A stretch of 64,000 nt of DNA, from assembly GCA_964642015.1 (NCBI GenBank), contig CAZXLF010000004.1, forward strand, positions 20,738-84,737, given 5' to 3'. Positions 19,473 to 29,400 of the stretch are shown piece after piece (the stretch's first letter is position 1; every line of letters starts with the position of its first letter). Under the pieces are notes generated by a model, which searched no databases, had not been told where the DNA came from, and saw only the letters and a program-made list of their open reading frames with translations. Both the position numbers and the translations under genes were made by a program. Source of the DNA: an uncultured Planctomycetia bacterium. Its GTDB lineage: Bacteria > Omnitrophota > Gorgyraeia > 2-02-FULL-51-18.

Positions 19473-20359
19473 CCGCCGCTTGCTCCTCCGCCGCCAAAAC
19501 TTCCGCCGCCCCCACCTCCAAATCCACCGCTAAAACCTCCACCACCAAAACCCCCCGAAGAGAATCCGCCTCCCCAATAGCCTCTGCCTCGGCTCGATAA
19601 AGTCGCGGCAGGTCCCATAACATTCATGATCTGTCTTAATAAGATGAGAAAAATGACGGCAATGACGCCGATGCCGATGCCCGCGGGTACACCAAAAACA
19701 GCAAGACAAAAAAAGAAAACCGCGATGTAACATAATATCGGCAACACAATGAACAAGATCAAAAATACGTAAAAGAATTTGCTGAATTTTGCTATTGGAT
19801 CGACAGTATTGTGACTCTCAGCTTTATACTCTCCCTGCGTTGCCTGAATGATCGCTTGCACGGCGCTGATCACTCCTTGATCATAATTACCCTGCCGAAA
19901 TGCTGGCGCGATCTCATTTCGAATGATCTGATCGGCAAGAATGTCAGGCAAAGCGCCTTCCAAACCGTAACCGACCTCTATCCTGACCTTCCGGTCATTT
20001 TTAAATATCAGTAAAATGACGCCGTTGTTGTTTTTCTTTGAACCGATCTTCCATTTTTCGGCCAGACGTATCGAGAAATCCTCGAGTGATCCGCCATCAA
20101 GGCTTGGGAAAATAGCGACAACCACTTGGTTAGAGGTATTTTTCTCAAAATCCGCCAAAATGCTTTCGATCTGATCGCGAGCGGGCCCAGAAAGAAGGTC
20201 CGCGTAATCATTCACGTAGGACTGAGGTTTTTCAGGGATTTGAAGACAAAAAGCCGAGCTTATGAATAGAAGATTAAGAAAAAATAAAACCGTCGAGAAC
20301 TTTAAATAATCGAAAGAGATCCCGCGACGACGTTTTGCGCTGAACAAAACGGATTTCAT
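19466..20359 (-). CDS. TPM-domain (YgcG-like) membrane protein with Gly-rich tail
   Basis: VNDYA.LL, RIEVGYGLEG.LPD and GGGSFGGGGASGGW. Confidence 0.9.
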   Translation of the reverse strand: MKSVLFSAKRRRGISFDYLKFSTVLFFLNLLFISSAFCLQIPEKPQSYVNDYADLLSGPARDQIESILADFEKNTSNQVVVAIFPSLDGGSLEDFSIRLAEKWKIGSKKNNNGVILLIFKNDRKVRIEVGYGLEGALPDILADQIIRNEIAPAFRQGNYDQGVISAVQAIIQATQGEYKAESHNTVDPIAKFSKFFYVFLILFIVLPILCYIAVFFFCLAVFGVPAGIGIGVIAVIFLILLRQIMNVMGPAATLSSRGRGYWGGGFSSGGFGGGGFSGGFGGGGGGSFGGGGASGGW

Positions 20360-20364
20360 TTAGA

Positions 20365-20955
20365 TCAAAACGTCACTTTGGGAGCTTTATTTGCTTCGGC
20401 TTCAGCTTTAAAATATTCCTTCGTCTTGAATCCGAACATTCCGCCGACCATATTCGTCGGAAATTGGCGAAACATCGTGTTGAATGCCTGCGCCGCTTCG
20501 TTGAAACGCCCTCTTTCGACGGAAATACGATTTTCAGTCCCTTCAAGCTGTGCCTGAAGCGACAGGAAATTTTGATTCGCCTTGAGATCAGGATATTTCT
20601 CGACGACCACCATCAACCGGCTAAGGGCGGAACTCAAAGCGCCCTGCGATTCCTGAAATTGCGCAAATTTCTGCGGATCATTGATCAGTCCCGGGCTGAT
20701 GGATCCGGCGGCTTTTGAGCGGGCCTCCGTCACTTCTACAAAAGTAGACTTTTCATGAGCGGCATAGCCTTTGACCGTTTCCACAAGATTGGGTATCAGA
20801 TCCAATCTCCTTTGATAGACATTCTCGACCTGTGCCCACGCTTGGTTCACCTGCTCGTCAGCTTTGACAAGACCATTGTAAGTCCCGCCGAACATCGCGA
20901 AACCCAGGACAACGACACCCAGAATCACTAAAAGTACGATCAAACCTTTTTTCAC
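20365..20955 (-). CDS. lemA: LemA family protein
   Basis: QRRLDLIPNLVETVKGYA.HE, YPDLKANQNF and LEGTENRI. Confidence 0.93.
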   Translation of the reverse strand: MKKGLIVLLVILGVVVLGFAMFGGTYNGLVKADEQVNQAWAQVENVYQRRLDLIPNLVETVKGYAAHEKSTFVEVTEARSKAAGSISPGLINDPQKFAQFQESQGALSSALSRLMVVVEKYPDLKANQNFLSLQAQLEGTENRISVERGRFNEAAQAFNTMFRQFPTNMVGGMFGFKTKEYFKAEAEANKAPKVTF

Positions 20956-20982
20956 GACCGATGCCCTCCGTATTTAAAAATC

Positions 20983-21216
20983 TTACATTTCTTTTATGGC
21001 TTCTTGGATAAAAGGCAGAATAGCTTCGGCCTCATCCTTGGTCAATCTGCCAAGCTTTGAAAACCTCGGTTCGCCTTCCGGCCCGACATTTTCTCTGGAG
21101 ATCTGAAGTTTTTTCTGTCCGTTATTATATGAGTAAACGCTCACCGAAATCTTCGTGCCCTCGCCTTCCCAAGATTTCGTGAACAACTGCTTATCCAAAC
21201 TGCTATCGTATGGCAT
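20983..21216 (-). CDS. Small conserved hypothetical protein
   Basis: 77 aa; GAGAGG RBS; VYSYN.G.KKLQISR and KLGRLT. Confidence 0.65.
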   Translation of the reverse strand: MPYDSSLDKQLFTKSWEGEGTKISVSVYSYNNGQKKLQISRENVGPEGEPRFSKLGRLTKDEAEAILPFIQEAIKEM

Positions 21217-21225
21217 GCGCCTCTC

Positions 21226-21696
21226 CTATCGTTTTTTCAAGAACATCCGAGCGGCTTCGCGTCTTTTCCGCCCATCTTCATAACGCCGCTTCTCCTCATC
21301 GGTCTGCGGAATAAGCCGTGGAACTTCTTTGGGCTTACCCCTGTCATCCAGACAGACCATCGTAAAATAACAAGAATTGGTATGCACTTTTTGTCCTGTC
21401 CTTAGATCTTCGGCCAACATCTTGATGCCGACCTCCATCGAGCTGCGACCGACAAAATTGACCGACGCCATGAACGTCACAAGCTCCCCGATCCTTATCG
21501 GCTCATGAAAATCCACGCGGTCTACCGAAACGGTGACGCAATTGGGCCCGGCGTGACGCGCAGCACAAACATAGGCGACACTGTCAGCGATCGACAAGAT
21601 CGTGCCTCCATAAACAACACCCGCAAAATTCGCGTGCTGAGGCATCATAAGCTGACTGATTTCGGTCTTGGAATCACTGACTTTCTTTTCGGCCAT
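21226..21696 (-). CDS. Acyl-CoA thioesterase (hotdog fold, YciA-like)
   Basis: MMPQHAN..G..YGG, VTVSVD.V.F..P, GRSSMEV and FTMV. Confidence 0.9.
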   Translation of the reverse strand: MAEKKVSDSKTEISQLMMPQHANFAGVVYGGTILSIADSVAYVCAARHAGPNCVTVSVDRVDFHEPIRIGELVTFMASVNFVGRSSMEVGIKMLAEDLRTGQKVHTNSCYFTMVCLDDRGKPKEVPRLIPQTDEEKRRYEDGRKRREAARMFLKKR

Positions 21697-21740
21697 TTTC
21701 TAAATCCTTAAAGTAGAGCTTATTATAATACACTAACTGC

Positions 21741-22682
21741 TTAAAATTTACTGATAAAAGAAATGATCCTTCCGGCTTCTTCTTTTTCCTTACGGAACGA
21801 ATAAAAATCATGGTTCTCGGATACAGTGCAAATGTGCAGATTCAAGATACGGTCCTTTGAAGCGCCGGCTTCAATAAGCTGTTTTTTATTTTCTCCGGCA
21901 AGATCGAAATAGAGTTTGCCGTTCTTACGCCGCAATGAAGAGCGACGCCCAGATCCTGATAAGCCGAAATAATTCACGAATTCCTCACCTACTTCATAGT
22001 GATCGGTGCCTATGCGCGGGCCGAAGATCGCGCGTACATCTGACGCGCTGCAGCCTGATCGTTGCCGGATAAGATCAAAGGCTTTCTTAACGATCATTTT
22101 TTGAGTGCCTCTCCAACCCGCATGCACGATACCTATCCATTGATTGTCGCCTCTTCCCCCTGACAAAAATATAGAAAGACAATCCGCTGTAAAAACAAGC
22201 AGGGTAACATTTTGTAGGTTCGTAACCACGCCATCCGCGTTTGGAATATGGACGAAATTCCCTCCGCTAAATTGGTTTTCGTCTAAAACAGCTACATAAT
22301 CTCCGTGAATCTGATTTAAAAAAACGAACTTATCTGAAAAGATCTTAAAACGTTCGTTCACAGAGGACTCATGAACAAGCTTTACGAATTGATCTTGAGC
22401 GGAATTACCCAAAAGCTCGTCTGTCTTATGCAATACCATTGGGAAGTGTCTTGTGGTGAATCCGATGTGTATACCAGACCTTTTCCAGTCATCAAGATAA
22501 ACAATATCTTTTTTTGAGAACTTCCTCAAAAGTTTTAATTTTAAACGTGCTGAAAATTCAGGAGCGATAAATGAAAGTCCCAGTAAGACGAATGGCCATC
22601 CGGGCATCACCGGCAGGATCCATCCGATAATACCGATAATTATAAGAACGACGCCCGAAAAAGTTAGAACGATCTTTTTCAC
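21741..22682 (-). CDS. pgeF: PgeF/YfiH (laccase-domain) protein with an N-terminal membrane hairpin
   Basis: FTTR, NQIHG, ADG, TADCL, HAGWRG, GP.I, CT and FYSFR motifs; extra N-terminal GIIGWILPVMPG segment. Confidence 0.8.
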   Translation of the reverse strand: MKKIVLTFSGVVLIIIGIIGWILPVMPGWPFVLLGLSFIAPEFSARLKLKLLRKFSKKDIVYLDDWKRSGIHIGFTTRHFPMVLHKTDELLGNSAQDQFVKLVHESSVNERFKIFSDKFVFLNQIHGDYVAVLDENQFSGGNFVHIPNADGVVTNLQNVTLLVFTADCLSIFLSGGRGDNQWIGIVHAGWRGTQKMIVKKAFDLIRQRSGCSASDVRAIFGPRIGTDHYEVGEEFVNYFGLSGSGRRSSLRRKNGKLYFDLAGENKKQLIEAGASKDRILNLHICTVSENHDFYSFRKEKEEAGRIISFISKF

Positions 22683-22685
22683 TTT

Positions 22686-23321
22686 TTATTTATTTTCAAC
22701 GGATGAAAACGGCAGATCAAGCACGGGATGGGACTTGGCATCTTTGTAGTCAAAATGCCACCATTCGGTCGTAAGTCCATGAAAACCTTCCTTTACCATT
22801 TCATCTTCGAGCGTTTGCCTGTTCTTTTTCTCTTCTTCGGTGCCTCCGGCATAGTCGCGGTGAGCACGCTCGGAAAATTCATCATAAGCCGACGGCATAG
22901 GCAGTTCTTTGCCGGCAGAATCAACAAGCGTCAGATCCACAGCTGCGCCGCGATTGTGATTCGAGCCTTTAGCGGGATTGGCCACATAACCCTCCACAGG
23001 AAACTTTGCCCACATTTTCTTTTGGGCCGACAATGGCCGATAACCATCAAATATCTTCAAACCCAATCCTTTCTTCTCCAGCCTCTCTTGGATTTTGGAA
23101 AGTTTTTCCGCAACTTCCTTCAGCAAAAGGCACCGCGCTTCGGGATACAACGTTTCATGCGTAAAATTATTTGATGTTGCGTAGCGTATATCGATACGGA
23201 TACGCGGATTGACCTTCTGTATATCGACCAACGGATTATCTCCGGAAATACAAAACCCTTGCGGGACTAGAACAAATATCGCCGCAAGGGTGATGAGTTT
23301 AAAATATTTTCGCAATACCAC
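22686..23321 (-). CDS. ddpX: D-alanyl-D-alanine dipeptidase (M15D, VanX/DdpX family), secreted
   Basis: RYAT.NNF, DGYRP, SNHNRGAAVDLT and EWWHF motifs. Confidence 0.9.
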   Translation of the reverse strand: MVLRKYFKLITLAAIFVLVPQGFCISGDNPLVDIQKVNPRIRIDIRYATSNNFTHETLYPEARCLLLKEVAEKLSKIQERLEKKGLGLKIFDGYRPLSAQKKMWAKFPVEGYVANPAKGSNHNRGAAVDLTLVDSAGKELPMPSAYDEFSERAHRDYAGGTEEEKKNRQTLEDEMVKEGFHGLTTEWWHFDYKDAKSHPVLDLPFSSVENK

Positions 23322-23330
23322 AAATCACTA

Positions 23331-23660
23331 TTATTTGATCGTACCTGCCTTCCGCGCATCGTAGCGTTCCTGCTGTTCTTTAAAGAAAGGTACCGGATTT
23401 AAATTCTTGAAAAAATTGCCCATGCGGGAACTCGTTCCACCGAGACCCGAGCGCTCCCCTTCCTTTTCCCAAAAACCCGGGACATTGCTTTTCGGAGATG
23501 GATTCTTCTTTTCGATAGCCCGCTCTTGACGTTGTTTGTCTTTGATCTCTTTCATTTCTTTAAAATGAGCTTCTCTGGCTTCTTCCGGGGTTAAAGCAAA
23601 CGACGTTCCATAAAACACAAAACACATTAAAAATAAGATCCCAGCTACTATTTTCTTCAT
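23331..23660 (-). CDS. Secreted hypothetical protein
   Basis: Signal peptide ending SFA. Confidence 0.65.
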   Translation of the reverse strand: MKKIVAGILFLMCFVFYGTSFALTPEEAREAHFKEMKEIKDKQRQERAIEKKNPSPKSNVPGFWEKEGERSGLGGTSSRMGNFFKNLNPVPFFKEQQERYDARKAGTIK

Positions 23661-23707
23661 ATTGCATCCTTTCGGTTAATTATGATGACTTTAATAGATA
23701 AGCTACT

Positions 23708-24022
23708 TTATTTGAAAAAATCCCGGGCATTCTGCTTGCCGGTAATCTCCTTATAATCTTCGTAATCAATGAACGTCAGGTCCGGCCTCCTGTCTTTGAT
23801 CCTTTTTACTGTCGCTCCACGGCCTTTATCGAGCTTGCCAGTACTCCTTGAGGCAATAAAACGAAAATCAGTACCGCATTTAGGACAGTTACGCACTTGA
23901 GTGTAATCAATGCCAAGCTCGCGGCAATTCGCACAATCCGCCGTCACATCCCCCACGATCATCAAGTGCTTGGTGATACCCTCGACATCGCAGTTTTGCC
24001 AAACACGGATGTAGAATGACAT
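23708..24022 (-). CDS. Zn-ribbon hypothetical protein
   Basis: CANC...CPKC; coupled to the upstream gene. Confidence 0.65.
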   Translation of the reverse strand: MSFYIRVWQNCDVEGITKHLMIVGDVTADCANCRELGIDYTQVRNCPKCGTDFRFIASRSTGKLDKGRGATVKRIKDRRPDLTFIDYEDYKEITGKQNARDFFK

Positions 24023-24633
24023 CAGAATAGGCTCGTCGGAAAAGAGCTCTCTTCTTTTTTCTGTTGTTTTAATTCTTTGACCGCATTACCCCAATTCACA
24101 GACACATCGTGGGTCTGATAATCGCGGTTTGAAATAAAGCGGATATTACCGTGTTTCAGACCATATTCATAAATATCTTTCGTGATCCGGACATCATCCA
24201 TGCAATACTTTTTCAATTCCTCTATCTTACCGTCTTTGTAAAGTTGGATCGCATCCCAGCCAGTGCCCGATTTTGATGTCTGAAGCGTCGCTTGGGCCAA
24301 ACTTTGAAGACTGATCCGGTGGCCGCGTACTTTTTCAAACTCAACTAATAAGTCAAGAACGGGGAAATTTTTTATCGGCGTCATGAAATAAGGTGCCAGC
24401 ACTTCCATGTCAAAATCACGAATATTGAAACCCACGATCAGATCCGCCTGTTTCATGATCTCTTCGAGCTTCAGGATCTCTTTTTCTTCAAATGCTGTAT
24501 AAGAATCCGTTTTAGAATCATAGATGCAAGCAACTGAAACTTTCAAAAGATGAAGCTTTTTGCGGTCTATCTCGTTAAAACCTTTTTGAGTTTCGATATC
24601 AAGAACAATATATCGGTCTTTGTGTTCAACCAT
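24022..24633 (-). CDS. RNase H-like (YprB/DEDD-type) domain protein
   Basis: LDIET, VGFN...FD and YC..DV motifs. Confidence 0.8.
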   Translation of the reverse strand: MVEHKDRYIVLDIETQKGFNEIDRKKLHLLKVSVACIYDSKTDSYTAFEEKEILKLEEIMKQADLIVGFNIRDFDMEVLAPYFMTPIKNFPVLDLLVEFEKVRGHRISLQSLAQATLQTSKSGTGWDAIQLYKDGKIEELKKYCMDDVRITKDIYEYGLKHGNIRFISNRDYQTHDVSVNWGNAVKELKQQKKEESSFPTSLF

Positions 24634-26326
24634 GATTCACCAATTCCACTGAAGTGACTGCGCCATGAGCCGCTGAAGCCACGAGTTTTGAATATTTGGC
24701 CAGAATTCCGGTATCGATCTTGGGTTTATAGGCTTTTAGTTTTTTGAGACGCGATTTGATCTCTTTTGCGCTAAGCTCAACGTTCAAATGTTTTTTGTCA
24801 GCATCGATGGAAATAATATCGCCATTTCTAAGCGCGGCGAGCGGACCGCGCGCAGCCGCCTCAGGTGCCACGTGACCAACCATAAAACCATGAGAACCGC
24901 CAGAAAATCTTCCGTCAGTAATCAGCGCCACCGAATCGCCCAATCCCTCGCCGATCAAAGCCGCCGTCACCGAAAGCATCTCGCGCATACCGGGACCGCC
25001 TTTTGGTCCCTCATAACGGATGATGATCACATCGTTCTTCCTGATCTTTTTGCTGATGATGGCGTGGAATGCCTCTTCTTCGGAATTGAACACCTTTGCC
25101 GGACCGCGATGATAAAAAACTTTGAGTCCGCTTATTTTTGCCACAGCACCCTCGGGCGCAAGATTGCCTTTCAATATTACCATTGGCGCGCTTGGATAAA
25201 GTGGCCTCGAGATCGGACGGATAATATCTTCGTTCGAGCAAGGTGCTACATTTTTAAGATTTTCGCCGACTGTTTTTCCTGTAACCGTCAAGGACTCAGG
25301 ATGGATCAAGCCGGCATTCAGCAAGATTTTCATCACACTAGGAATTCCGCCGGCTTTATTCAAATCCGACATCACATATTTGCCGCTTGGCTTTAGATTT
25401 GCCAAGTGCGGCACTCTTTTCCCTATCCGGTTAAAATCATCGATCGTGAGATTCACACGGGCTTCTTTGGCGATCGCAATAAGATGAAGCACCGCATTCG
25501 TTGATCCGCCGAGCGCCATCACAAGCGTAATCGCATTTTCAAAAGCTTTTTTGGTCAAAATATCACGCGGGCGGATATTTTTTTCAATAAGATGAACGAC
25601 TGTTTCCCCGGCTTTTCTCGTATCGTCTTTTTTCTCGATACTCTCAGCGTCTCTTGAAGAGCTATAAGGCAAGCTCATCCCAAGCGCTTCTATCGCCGAA
25701 GCCATTGTATTCGCGGTATACATTCCTCCGCAGGAACCGGCACCCGGACAAGCGTTGCATTCAATGCCTTTGAATTGCTCGGCGTTTATCTTATTGGCAT
25801 CGTACTGGCCCACCGCTTCAAAGATACTGACAATATCGATATCTTTTCCCTCAAAGTTTCCGGGCTTGATCGTACCGCCGTACACAAAAACGGCTGGGAT
25901 ATTCATTCTCGCCATGGCCATCAGACATCCGGGCATATTTTTGTCGCAGCCGCCGATGCCGACCACTCCGTCAAAACGCTGTCCATTGCAAACTGTTTCA
26001 ATCGAATCAGCAATAACTTCACGGCTAACCAAAGAATATTTCATCCCTTCGGTGCCCATGGAAATCCCGTCCGCCACTGTGATCGTGCCAAAAGTCAAAG
26101 GAACGCCGTTTGAAGCTCTGACGCCTTTATCGGCTTGACGAGCAAGCTCATCGATATGCATATTGCAAGGCGTAAGATTGCTCCAAGTGCTTGCAATGCC
26201 AATGATAGGCTTCTCAAAATCTTCGTCCTTGAAACCCACGGCACGCAACATAGCCCTATTTGGAGCGCGTCTGTCGCCTTCTGTAATAATGGAGCTGCGT
26301 TTATTTAATTTGCCATTATCTAACAT
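24626..26326 (-). CDS. ilvD: Dihydroxy-acid dehydratase
   Basis: [40 protein letters not shown] and TDGRFSG. Confidence 0.97.
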   Translation of the reverse strand: MLDNGKLNKRSSIITEGDRRAPNRAMLRAVGFKDEDFEKPIIGIASTWSNLTPCNMHIDELARQADKGVRASNGVPLTFGTITVADGISMGTEGMKYSLVSREVIADSIETVCNGQRFDGVVGIGGCDKNMPGCLMAMARMNIPAVFVYGGTIKPGNFEGKDIDIVSIFEAVGQYDANKINAEQFKGIECNACPGAGSCGGMYTANTMASAIEALGMSLPYSSSRDAESIEKKDDTRKAGETVVHLIEKNIRPRDILTKKAFENAITLVMALGGSTNAVLHLIAIAKEARVNLTIDDFNRIGKRVPHLANLKPSGKYVMSDLNKAGGIPSVMKILLNAGLIHPESLTVTGKTVGENLKNVAPCSNEDIIRPISRPLYPSAPMVILKGNLAPEGAVAKISGLKVFYHRGPAKVFNSEEEAFHAIISKKIRKNDVIIIRYEGPKGGPGMREMLSVTAALIGEGLGDSVALITDGRFSGGSHGFMVGHVAPEAAARGPLAALRNGDIISIDADKKHLNVELSAKEIKSRLKKLKAYKPKIDTGILAKYSKLVASAAHGAVTSVELVNHG

Positions 26327-26412
26327 GATAACCCTATTTTATATAAGAGTTTATAAACTTGAAATTATAGCACGGCTTGATGGTAAATAGAAAGAAAAGC
26401 GTTTGGGAAAAA

Positions 26413-29400
26413 TTAAGCGGCTTGTTCGATCATTTTCTTCATAAGCCGGAAGAATTTGACCGTCTGATCGATGGGGGCTTTTGTGATGGCTTTTAAAGCA
26501 AAATGTAAAACTGTCTCTATAGTTGCTTTTCCTTCCAATATCTGTTTCAACGTTTGCGTATCGGGCCTTTCGCCAGCCAACGTGGCATAAGCGTCATGGA
26601 ACCCTTCAGGAATATTCGCGAGGTCTATTCTTCCAGAATAGATCGAGACTTTCAGCAAGGCCCTGAAAGCAGGCACTTCGCCTTCTGCCAATAAATTCAC
26701 CGGCATATTGACGAAACCCTGCGTCAAACCTTTCTGAGCTACATCGATCTTGACATACGCCGCGTCTTTTAAGTTTTCCGGTATTTCAGTTATGAAAAGC
26801 TCCTTGGCTCCGGGGTAATTTAACGCCTGTTGGACCAAATGATCCTTACCACTCACCTTGAAGAAAACATTCTTGCCGTAATTTGATGTTTGAGCTTTCT
26901 TGATCTCGACGATCAGATTATCCAGATAAAACTGGAATGAAGGATTGTCCATCAGATCAAGATCGATTTCAGCGATTACGGCTTTATCGATCGAATTGGC
27001 CACGCCTTCCAGATCGGCATCCACTTTATTGTTCACAGCATCGACCATCGAACGAAGATCCTGAATGGTCAGTGCGGAATTAAATTTATCTGACTGTGGA
27101 ATTTGCGTATTTACCGCTTTCTTTGAAAGTTCAAGTTCGATCGGACTGATTCCTTTCGCTTCGGCGATCAATTTTGCACCGCTCCGTGACAACGTAAATA
27201 TATATGGCTCGTTTGTTTCCTCATTGAGCTGGAGAGATAATTTCCTACCGTCCACTTGCGGGAATGCGAATGCCACGCCCGAGAAAAATCCTTCAAGCTG
27301 AGAATGAATGTCCTGCTTCAAACCTGGTTTGAAATCCACGGTCGGCGTGCTGGCCAAGGGGATCGCATGAACAGTTGCCGGTTTTTGTTCCGCGAGCCTG
27401 GCCCCGCTGGTCGCATCTATATAATCCCTTTCTATCTCATAAAAAGCGGTGGAGTTTCTTTCGACCAAACTCCTGTAATCATCGATGATTTGATGACCAA
27501 AAGCTATTAATTCCCCTGTTTTACGGTAAAGCGATCTTCTGAGATAAAACCGAATAAGCCCGTTCAATCCGCTTAGACTGAAATCCGCCTCTTCTTCAGC
27601 GCGATCTCGCATGATCACAAATGTTCCGCGCAAGATCCTTTCGGCTGCGACAGGTTTTTCCGCCCAAACAGCGACATGCACAAAATCATTACGGCGTACG
27701 ATCAAATGGTGCAGATCTTCGCCAATACGCGGGTAAAGTCGGTCAACTTTAGCCGATCCGTCCAAAGCCTTCTCTGCGCTGACAAGAAGACTTCCCGCCT
27801 CAATAAAAAGATCCGGTGAAGTTGATGCTGATTTGCCTCTCACGATCACCCGCGCGCGATCGGCATATCCCTTAGCCACAAGATTATTTCCCTTGATCAT
27901 AAGAGAGGCTATTTGATCTTTATGAATTTCGCTGACTACATTTCTATCCAAAAATTCCATACCAAAACCTAAAAGCTCCTCAGCGTGCATTAAGTCATGA
28001 GTACCCTCAGATACGGGAATATCGATGCCGACATGCGCAGCCGCGACCGCTTGTGCGGCAAACTTAATGATCACCTGTTCAGATTCAGCTTTGACACCAT
28101 TTAAAGAATGATGCTCCTGTTCTAGCTGTAACAAATGTGAGAAAGTTTCTTCGGCTAAATGTAAACGATCATGAGCAACAAGATCAATGACCAAGTCACG
28201 TTGCCCGATGATCTGACGGCGCAATTCGTCTTCAGAAATTACCGGAGCTGCGGGCAGAGCTGAGACAACTGAGACAGGTTCAAGCGAAACCGTTTTTTCT
28301 ACTCGCGGTTTTTGCACAGCAGCTCTCTGACGAGGCGCGCCCGCTCTCAACTCCGCAAATTCTTGGCGCAATCGCTCGACCGTTGCGCTGACTTGAGCAG
28401 CGCGCTCATTACCTTTGGTGCCTAAAACTTTCCATACCTGATCGGGAGACAATGCCTTATCAGCCATCTCTTGTTTCATGATCCTGCTGATCACAGGATG
28501 ACTAACTTCTACACGGGGTCCGGAAAGAATTTCCCGGATCTTTGGATAAACAGGCGGCTGCTGATTTTTTATTGCTTGGATTTCCTGCTCTATTTTAGAA
28601 AGTGCTTCTTCAATAGCATCCAAACGATTCGCGATGATCTCAGATTGCCGCTCTTTCGAAATGCGGCCTGTTGATCCTTCCGTAATACCGGCTGCTTTGC
28701 GTGCCGTCTGGCCCATGCGCCAAAGTACTGCTTCCGTAAGCGTACCGCCCTGCGCAGCGGAACGGTCCGCGACGTTGATAATCGTCGGTTCGCCGCCTTC
28801 CGCCAAAATTTCTCTCACTAAACGTTCGGTTTCCAAACGATATTCTTCTTTTTTGGATATCGCAAGTCTTGCGCCCTTCACAGGCAATACTTCCTGTATT
28901 TTACTTACCGTCTTATTCGCATCGTTAATGGCTTGTTGATTGATAGATCTCAACACAGAAAAATTACGCAAGAAAACACGGCGTGACTCACGAAGTGCAA
29001 CCGACTCAGGTGATAACTCGAAAGAAGGGCTGAAAACCAGTCCTTCTTCGGAAAGCTGCCAGGAACCGGAAATATCGGAAACCGGGAATAGCACCTGAGA
29101 AACAAGCTCCGAAAGAAATTCAAAAGTCCCAAAATTCAGCTCATAAACATGCAGTAATTGATTGACCAAAATACGGAACGCTTCGGCAGTGATCTTAGAT
29201 GCGGTAAAATGCTCGATGGACCTTTTTTCGTCGTTCGGTAAAATATCAAATGTTCTTTGAAAATATTCATGCGCGATCACAAGCCGAAGAGCGTTGGGCA
29301 AGCTTCTCAGCACGTCCGAAGCGATATTTCTATCTATGACAATATTGGGTTCACGGAATATGCCCGGCAACAGCGCTTCTATCGAAGCAACGTGCGCTTT

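Noticed and set aside
24788-25396. 202-aa plus-strand ORF
   Set aside because: Antisense shadow of ilvD.
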